Shown here: positions 57,109 to 64,000 of the stretch, piece after piece | Layout of the letters: the number at the start of each line of letters is the position of its first letter | Numbering within the stretch: the first letter of the stretch is position 1 | Virus record (IMG/VR): IMGVR_UViG_3300035698_011322 | Coordinates: 10,658-74,657 of that record | DNA: 64,000 nt | Source of the DNA: a virus | Direction: 5' to 3' (one strand) | The notes under the pieces: generated by a model | Databases searched by the model: none | Told to the model about the DNA's origin: nothing | Seen by the model: only the letters and a program-made list of their open reading frames with translations | Translations under genes and position numbers: made by a program

Positions 57109-60100
57109 ATGAAGGAAAATAACAATTATGGTTTAAGTGAAAATGCAGTAAAAATCTTTAATGATCTTTATTGTTTTCAACATGAATCGATAGAAGATGC
57201 GTTTAAAAGAGTTGCAAAAGAATTTGTAGCAAAGGAAGAAGATTTTGATATAGCGTTTAATTTGTTATCTAGTGGATATTGGCGACCCAATACACCAACA
57301 TGGCTTAATGCAGGAACTAGTCATAAGATATTTTCAGGGTGTTTTGTAACTGGTCTTCGTGATTCAATGAATTCGATATATGAAGTGGCTGATACTGCTC
57401 GTAAGATTTTTCAACATGGCGCTGGTATTGGTATACCGATTGGAAACCTAAGAGAACAAGAGGCATGGATATATGAAAGTAATGCTGACATGCTCCCAAG
57501 AGGTAAAAGTTGTTTAACTGGTGATACCATTTTATTGAATGATAATGGATCTACGTCAATAGAATCACAAAAAATAACTATAAAATGGTTATATGATTTT
57601 TATCAAAATGTAAAAAATCCAAAATATATGGTTAGATCTATGCTAGATGATTTTGGAATTGGTAAAAATATAATTACAGATGTTATTTATAATGGGAAAA
57701 GACCAGTTTATAAAATTGAAACAAAAGATGGTTATAAAATAAAGGCAACATTAAATCACAGATTTTTATCAGAGAATGGTGAATGGAAAAGATTGGAAGA
57801 CTTTTCTTTAAAAGAAAAGATTGGTGTAAATGGAAAAACAAGACCAATTTCTGAATGTAAAAGATGTGGCAAGGTTAGATTATTAAGAGGGAATAGAAGT
57901 AAATATTCTGAATTATGTGAAAATTGTGTTGTTTCTACATTTTATGGCTGTTCTTTAAAAGGATCAAAAGAAGAATTTGAGAAAAGAAGTACGGCCAGAA
58001 AAGAATATAGAAATAGAGTAGAAATTAGGGAGTATTATTCTGAAATAAATTCTGGTGAAAATAATCCTATGTGGCGTGGTGATTTTGCTAATGAAACCAC
58101 AGCACGAAGTAGAAATAAAAATATTTATTTATGGAATAGAGAAAACAATATATGTGAGAGATGCAATGAAAATAAAAAAAGAATAGAAGTACATCATAAA
58201 GATGGTAATCCATATAATAATGAAATTAATAATTTAGAAGTTTTATGTATTCAATGTCATAATGATGAGCATAGAGAAAGAAGAGCAAAAGGTAACTATA
58301 GATTAACAAAAGAAGTATATTTTGATGAAATAATAAATATAGAATACATTGGTATTGATGATGTTTATGATATTAAAATGAAAGAACCTTATCATAATTT
58401 TATTGCTAATGGTTTTGTTTCTCATAATAGTGGGCCTATAACATTCATGAAATTATATGATGCTGTAGGTGAAACAACTAAAAGTGGTGGAAGAGTAAGG
58501 CGAGCCGCCATTCTTTGTTCTATGCCTATATGGCATCCAGATGTACTTGATTTTATTAAATGTAAAGAAGAGGATGGTAGGTTGTCAAGCATGAATATAT
58601 CTGTTTCTGTAACCGATAAGTTCATAGAGGCACTTGAAAGTAATATACCATTTGATCTTGTGACTCCTTATAATGGGAAAAAGGCTAGTGAAGTAAACCC
58701 ACAAGAAGTATGGGATATGATTTCTCTAATGTCATGGAAGACCGCTGATCCTGGTATATTCTTTATTGATACAGTCAATAAGTATAATCCACTATCATCT
58801 GATATTCTTATAGAGACAAGTAATCCATGTATTGTTGGTGATACAAAAATTATGACTGACAAGGGTGAAATTGAGATAAAAAGTCTTTTGATGGATATAT
58901 TTGATTATAAAATAGCAACATATAACATTGAAAGTAATGAAATAGAATGGGAAAATATCGTGTGGGGTGAAAAAACAAGAGAACATACTGATATTATAAG
59001 AATTGAGTTTGATGATGATAGTTTTATAGAATTGACACCAGATCATATGGTATATACTGAGAACAGAGGATATGTGAAAGCAGTTGAACTTAACAATGAA
59101 GATATCTTATATAAAAGCGCCACAATGGGAATGGAGATCTTGCAGATTGGAAAAAAAAGAATAAAAAGAGTTAAGGTAATAAAGAACCAAGATGTGTATG
59201 ATATAAAAACAGAAAGCAATCATAATTTTTTTGCTAACAGAACGTTAGTACATAATTGTGGTGAACAGTTCTTGATACCTAATAATTGTTGTAACTTATC
59301 AGCTATTAATATTAGTAAGTTTATTAAAGATGATGATTATGATTGGGAAAGTTTGTATAAATGTGCTTTTGATATAATGGGTTTAATGGATAACGTTATT
59401 GATGTGATGGATTATCCGGATGATAAGTTCAAAGAGAATTCTATAAAATATAGACCCGTGGGTATAGGTATCATGAGCCTTGCTGATTCACTTTTTGAAC
59501 TTGGATATCGATATGATGGGCCTGAGGGTAGAAAATTTGCTGGTAAGATTATGAGAACAATAACAACTGCATGTGTTCATAAAAGCACTTTATTAGCAAA
59601 AGAGCGTGGTACATTCCATAACTATGACAAGTACAGAGAAAAAGTAGAAGGAATAATAGAACAACATATAGGTCTGAATGATTCTGATGTAACACCTTCC
59701 ACAGAAGTAGTGTGGGATTTGGTTAAAGAGTATGGTCTTAGAAATGTTCAGTTTACTACTTGTATGCCTACGGGTTGTTTAACAGAAAACACAATGATAT
59801 CATCTAAAAATTCTGGTGTTAATTATATAAAGAATGGTGATAGATGTATAGATGAAAAAACAAAATCCGATAATGGCGATTATACATATAAAAATCATTA
59901 TGATCAAGGTATACAGCCAGTAAAGAAAATAGTTACAAAAAAAGGATATGAAATAGAAGGTACATATCATCATAAATTAAGAGTTTTAGAAAATCATGAA
60001 TATATATGGAAAAGAATAGATGATATTGAAATTGGTGATAATATTATTATGAGGAAAAATTTTATTCATAGTGATGTTTTATCAAATGAATTTTTTAATG

Positions 60101-61869
60101 ATGTATGTGAAGTTATTGGTTTTTTTATGGCTGATGGTTGGATGGCAAAAGTAAAAGATAAAAATACTGGTAGATTATATTTTGCTGTAAATAATAATAA
60201 TGAATGTTATGTTAATTCTAATATAATAACAACATTAAAAAGAATAGATAATGATATAAATCCGGTATATAGAGATCATGGTGAAAATTGTAAGAAGTTA
60301 GATATATGTTCCAAAAAAATATATGATTATTTCAATAACATGGGAATACAAAAACATGGATCACATAATGCTAATATACCAGAATATGTTATGAATCATG
60401 GTAGATCGGCTTTAAGAAGATTTTTAAGAGGATATTTTAAAGGTGATGGTTGTATTGTTGAAAGAACACAAAATGTTAATTTTACAACTGTTTCAGAAAA
60501 AATGAGATATCAACTGCATCATATTCTTTTGGGATTGGGTTTTCCATCTACTGTTACTAAATATAAAAAAACAGTAGATAAAATTAAAATTGGCGGCAGA
60601 GAAGTAAATCAAAATTATGATGTCTATAAGATAAATCTAAATAATTTTTATTCTTGTGAATTTTGTAAATTTATAGATGTTGAGGATGTAAAAAGAATCC
60701 ATAGAAATATATATGAAAAGATTTTTGTTGAAAATATAGATACAGTGGATCATAGAAATTGGAGATATAATAAAAATTTTAATTGGATAAGCCATGATAA
60801 ATGTAAATTTGATAATTGGTTTACCGATAATGAACTTTTTATTGATGTTGTTAAAGAATTAAAATACAATGGTAATCAGCAAGTATATGATATGGAGATT
60901 GCTGAAGATGGTCATACATATATTGCAAATGGATTTGTAACACATAATACAACAGCATTATCTTGTGATTCTTCATATGGTATGGAACCATCATTTGGTC
61001 TTGCATTTCAAAAGAACCTGACTTCTGGAGAAAAGATGATAGTTGTCAACTCTATATTCCATAAGAAGTATGAGAATGAAGATTGGTTTACAGATAACCT
61101 AACTGATAGAATACTAAAGAATGGTGGTTCACTAAAGGGTCTTCGTGGTATACCAAAAGAAGTAAGAGAGGTATTTGTTACAGCTCATGATATAAAATAT
61201 CGTGACCGCATAGATATGCAATCTGAAATTCAGAGGTTTACAAGTAATGCGATTTCTAGTACAATAAACTTACCTAGAGAAACTACAAAAGAAGAAATTT
61301 CTGAGATATTTTTGTATGCGTATAAAAAGGGGCTGAAAGGAATAACCATATATCGCGATGGTTCGAAACAAAATCAACCTGTAACATTCTCAACAATTGA
61401 AGAGTCCAAAGAATTCAAAAGACCGAATGTAATGGATTCAAAAACTTACATAGTTGAAACGGGTAATGGTAAGATGTATATAACTATCTCAGAGCATGAA
61501 GGAAAACCACTTGAGATTTTTGTGAACATAGGCAAGAGTGGTCAAATATTAAACACATTGACAGAAGCATTAGGTAGATCAGTATCTATAGCTCTACAGA
61601 GAGGTGTTCCTGTAGAAGAAATTATTAAAACATTAATAAATATAAATAGTGATAAGATAGCATGGCATAAATTTGAAGAAACGGATAAAAGACCTGTTCA
61701 AATTTTGAGTATTCCAGATGGCATAGCCAAACTGTTATCTAAGTATTATGCTGGAATTGTTTATGAGGGTGAGTTGTCTGGAGAATTATGTGAGAAGTGT
61801 GGAAATTCAATGACCGCAGTTGAAGGATGTTTTAGCTGCTCCGCGTGTGGTCATTCGAGGTGCTCATAA
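57109..61869 (+). CDS. nrdJ: class II (B12-dependent) ribonucleotide reductase with three inteins
   Basis: PNTPT..NAG, C, RRAA, NP/CGEQ, PTG/T, KG.T.YRDGS, C-terminal TSCPD-like domain and Zn ribbon. Confidence 0.92.
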   Translation: MKENNNYGLSENAVKIFNDLYCFQHESIEDAFKRVAKEFVAKEEDFDIAFNLLSSGYWRPNTPTWLNAGTSHKIFSGCFVTGLRDSMNSIYEVADTARKIFQHGAGIGIPIGNLREQEAWIYESNADMLPRGKSCLTGDTILLNDNGSTSIESQKITIKWLYDFYQNVKNPKYMVRSMLDDFGIGKNIITDVIYNGKRPVYKIETKDGYKIKATLNHRFLSENGEWKRLEDFSLKEKIGVNGKTRPISECKRCGKVRLLRGNRSKYSELCENCVVSTFYGCSLKGSKEEFEKRSTARKEYRNRVEIREYYSEINSGENNPMWRGDFANETTARSRNKNIYLWNRENNICERCNENKKRIEVHHKDGNPYNNEINNLEVLCIQCHNDEHRERRAKGNYRLTKEVYFDEIINIEYIGIDDVYDIKMKEPYHNFIANGFVSHNSGPITFMKLYDAVGETTKSGGRVRRAAILCSMPIWHPDVLDFIKCKEEDGRLSSMNISVSVTDKFIEALESNIPFDLVTPYNGKKASEVNPQEVWDMISLMSWKTADPGIFFIDTVNKYNPLSSDILIETSNPCIVGDTKIMTDKGEIEIKSLLMDIFDYKIATYNIESNEIEWENIVWGEKTREHTDIIRIEFDDDSFIELTPDHMVYTENRGYVKAVELNNEDILYKSATMGMEILQIGKKRIKRVKVIKNQDVYDIKTESNHNFFANRTLVHNCGEQFLIPNNCCNLSAINISKFIKDDDYDWESLYKCAFDIMGLMDNVIDVMDYPDDKFKENSIKYRPVGIGIMSLADSLFELGYRYDGPEGRKFAGKIMRTITTACVHKSTLLAKERGTFHNYDKYREKVEGIIEQHIGLNDSDVTPSTEVVWDLVKEYGLRNVQFTTCMPTGCLTENTMISSKNSGVNYIKNGDRCIDEKTKSDNGDYTYKNHYDQGIQPVKKIVTKKGYEIEGTYHHKLRVLENHEYIWKRIDDIEIGDNIIMRKNFIHSDVLSNEFFNDVCEVIGFFMADGWMAKVKDKNTGRLYFAVNNNNECYVNSNIITTLKRIDNDINPVYRDHGENCKKLDICSKKIYDYFNNMGIQKHGSHNANIPEYVMNHGRSALRRFLRGYFKGDGCIVERTQNVNFTTVSEKMRYQLHHILLGLGFPSTVTKYKKTVDKIKIGGREVNQNYDVYKINLNNFYSCEFCKFIDVEDVKRIHRNIYEKIFVENIDTVDHRNWRYNKNFNWISHDKCKFDNWFTDNELFIDVVKELKYNGNQQVYDMEIAEDGHTYIANGFVTHNTTALSCDSSYGMEPSFGLAFQKNLTSGEKMIVVNSIFHKKYENEDWFTDNLTDRILKNGGSLKGLRGIPKEVREVFVTAHDIKYRDRIDMQSEIQRFTSNAISSTINLPRETTKEEISEIFLYAYKKGLKGITIYRDGSKQNQPVTFSTIEESKEFKRPNVMDSKTYIVETGNGKMYITISEHEGKPLEIFVNIGKSGQILNTLTEALGRSVSIALQRGVPVEEIIKTLININSDKIAWHKFEETDKRPVQILSIPDGIAKLLSKYYAGIVYEGELSGELCEKCGNSMTAVEGCFSCSACGHSRCS
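57511..58428 (+). mobile_element. intein 1 with HNH endonuclease (306 aa)
   Basis: CLTGDT...TLNH...VHHKDGN..NN...NL..LC..CH...FVSHN/S. Confidence 0.9.
58828..59256 (+). mobile_element. mini-intein 2 (143 aa), immediately before the catalytic Cys
   Basis: NP/CIVGDT...TPDH...LVHN/CGEQ. Confidence 0.9.
59776..60948 (+). mobile_element. intein 3 with LAGLIDADG endonuclease (391 aa)
   Basis: PTG/CLTENT...IGFFMADG...FLRGYFKGDG...FVTHN/T. Confidence 0.9.
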
Positions 61870-61992
61870 TTATGAAATGTGAACAGTGTGGATCTGTTAT
61901 GAAGAAAATAAATTTACGAATGACAACTTTTGTTGGAAGTTATAAGTATGCTTATATCTGTCCAAAGAAATGTAACACGAAGGGAGATAAAA

Positions 61993-62346
61993 ATGAGTAT
62001 AAGAAAACATTTTAGAGAAGCTGAAGTTGAGGAAATGACTATGGATATACTGTTTGAGCAAACAAATCCAATGACAGGATCTCAAATAGCTAAAGAAGTA
62101 GGAATAACAAGACAAGCTGTATCAAATACTCTGAAAAGAGCTATGGATAAAGTGTTCGCTGAAGTTAAGAAACTAGAAAAAGGAATGGATAACTTTGAAG
62201 TCGCCGTTATAATGTCTCAAATATTTGGTGTTGATCAGGATAGTGAAGAAGAATTAAAGAAATTCTTCAAGTTGTTCAAACCAGCGACAAGGAAAAAGAT
62301 TGAACAAGATGGTGCAAAATATTTGTCTAAATTCCAACAAAAATAA
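61993..62346 (+). CDS. HTH DNA-binding protein
   Basis: MTGSQIAKEVGITRQAVSNTLKRA; SD GGAG. Confidence 0.75.
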   Translation: MSIRKHFREAEVEEMTMDILFEQTNPMTGSQIAKEVGITRQAVSNTLKRAMDKVFAEVKKLEKGMDNFEVAVIMSQIFGVDQDSEEELKKFFKLFKPATRKKIEQDGAKYLSKFQQK

Positions 62347-62500
62347 ACACTTTCTGTGTATTGAGTGTATAAACTGTAAAACCAAAAATGGATTGGTATA
62401 CTGTAAGAATAAGTATTTTAATGAAAAAAATAAAAACTCGTTAACGTATATGCCTATAGATTTTGATTGTTATGAATGGGAAGAGGCATGAAAGTAATTT

Positions 62501-63559
62501 GTGGTAAAAATGATAGATCTACAATCTGTTAGTGAATTAGTATATAGACATTTTGAGAAAGTTAATGTTTCCTCTAATGGATCGCATTTCCTTGCTCGTT
62601 GTTCTCTATGTGGTGATAGTACTAAAAGTAAAGCAAAAAGAAGATTTAATTTAGATTATAACAACGGAAACCCGATTTGGCATTGTTTTAACTGTGGCGA
62701 ATCGGGTTCTTTTTTGGAATTATTTTGCAGACTTGAAGGACTAACAATAGATGAAGCTAAGAAAGAATTATTTGGATTTGATCCCAACTATCTAATTCAA
62801 AAGCTATCTGAAAGAAAAAGAAAAAGGATTGTAAAAGAAATAAAACATGAAAATCATAATTGGTTACTAAATGATTGTATAGGATTAAAACTAGAACCAG
62901 GCGAATCAATTTTATATAAACAGTATTTGAATATATTATTGAATTTTTATGAGAGCCGAAAGATCAATAAGGCTTTCAATATATTCATTGCTTATAAGGG
63001 TGATTATAAAGGTAGAATTATAATTCCTGTATATGATGAGAATAATGATATATCATACTTTCAAGCTAGAAGATTACCAAAGTCTGATATGATACCAAAG
63101 TATAGGAATCCAACACTAGCAAAGGGTGGCATAGTTCTTAATAAAAATAAGTTTGATCGAGAAAAATATATTATAGTTGTTGAAGGTATTATTGATGCAT
63201 ACACAATTGGGAATCAAGGTACGTGTCCATTTGGTGCTAGTATATCAGAGAGTTTTCTCAAAGAAATACTACCACTAACAGATAAAGGAGTTATTGTTGC
63301 CTTGGATAACGACAAGGCTGGATATGATTTCTTAAAGAAATTCATGTTAGGACATAAGAAAAGAGGTAGGATAACAAAAAGAAATAAATATTCCAATAGA
63401 GTAAGATATTTTCTCTTCCCGGAGAAATATAAAGACTGTAAAGATATAAATATGATTAAGACTATTCATGAAGTAGATAATGTTTATAAAATGATGGTGG
63501 ACAACTTACATGAATACTCTAGTACATTAGTTAATCTAAAAATAAACAACTTGTTTTAA
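62501..63559 (+). CDS. DNA primase (gp61-like)
   Basis: RC..CGDS, HCFNCG, RIIIP, FQAR, VEG.ID, LDND.AG, KDIN. Confidence 0.92.
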   Translation: MVKMIDLQSVSELVYRHFEKVNVSSNGSHFLARCSLCGDSTKSKAKRRFNLDYNNGNPIWHCFNCGESGSFLELFCRLEGLTIDEAKKELFGFDPNYLIQKLSERKRKRIVKEIKHENHNWLLNDCIGLKLEPGESILYKQYLNILLNFYESRKINKAFNIFIAYKGDYKGRIIIPVYDENNDISYFQARRLPKSDMIPKYRNPTLAKGGIVLNKNKFDREKYIIVVEGIIDAYTIGNQGTCPFGASISESFLKEILPLTDKGVIVALDNDKAGYDFLKKFMLGHKKRGRITKRNKYSNRVRYFLFPEKYKDCKDINMIKTIHEVDNVYKMMVDNLHEYSSTLVNLKINNLF

Positions 63560-63577
63560 AGTAGGGGAGAGTGAAAT

Positions 63578-64000
63578 ATGATAATTACTTCTGTTGGAAC
63601 TGATTATATAGAGATAAATGAAAATAATCTATATAATAAAGATTTACAAGAAATACCAAGGGTTCATTTAATAAAACTAAACTTCAATGACCCAACCGAA
63701 AATAAAGTAAAAAAAGTTTTGAATTTGTTTCCTAAAACAAATAGATTTGTTATTGAAAAGGACATCAAGATCTATAATTTTATTTTAAGAGGAACGAGCA
63801 AAAAATATTATGTATCGAATGTTGTTAATACTAATATGATTTCGTTTTTTAGAAAGAATAATAAAATCTTAGTAAACTTTAATTATTTTGATTCTATCAA
63901 TCTTATGTACTATCTACAGGATTATATTTTTGAAGATCTATTAAAAAATGTCGAAGTTATAGATATAAATAACAATATTTTTAATGAAAAGGAAAATATT
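63578..64000 (+). CDS. hypothetical protein (partial)
   Basis: MIITSVGTDYIEINEN... continuing toward the window end; SD GGAG. Confidence 0.55.
   Translation, partial: MIITSVGTDYIEINENNLYNKDLQEIPRVHLIKLNFNDPTENKVKKVLNLFPKTNRFVIEKDIKIYNFILRGTSKKYYVSNVVNTNMISFFRKNNKILVNFNYFDSINLMYYLQDYIFEDLLKNVEVIDINNNIFNEKENI

Noticed and set aside
1-64000. Stop-codon recoding
   Set aside because: Core genes are intact in the standard code with all three stops used; no suppressor anticodon seen.

Overview
AT-rich segment of a large lytic T4-like (myovirus-type) phage genome. It carries gp44/62/45-like clamp genes, gp32-like SSB, RNase H, primase, Hjc-like resolvase, NAD-dependent ligase, ThyA-like synthase, a class II RNR with three inteins, TATAAATA late promoters and TTTACA-N17-TAnnnT early promoters. 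The host is probably a Gram-negative anaerobe such as Desulfobacterota (inference from the PEP-CTERM, DUF5320-like and NrdJ genes). Genes run leftward up to ~26 kb and rightward after it, switching at a degenerate inverted repeat centred at ~26745. The strongest candidate for an undescribed system is a pair of ribosome-sensing attenuators (30.8 kb and 34.5 kb), each in front of a tRNA array. Each has a short leader peptide ending 2-3 nt before an antiterminator/terminator switch, and the leader codons match the tRNAs of its own array: leader 1 uses E/P/H/Y/T/I/V; leader 2 uses K/M/R/D/S/W/A/C/L/G/Q and sits upstream of two RNA ligases. Other notable elements are a Ubl-E2-E1-JAB operon, a late operon of enzymes sharing a capsid-targeting-like N-terminus, a ~650-nt structured ORF-free RNA, a three-unit covarying hairpin array before a TerD-like gene, and D-armless tRNA-like RNAs. 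All calls were made by eye; no database searches or folding programs were run.
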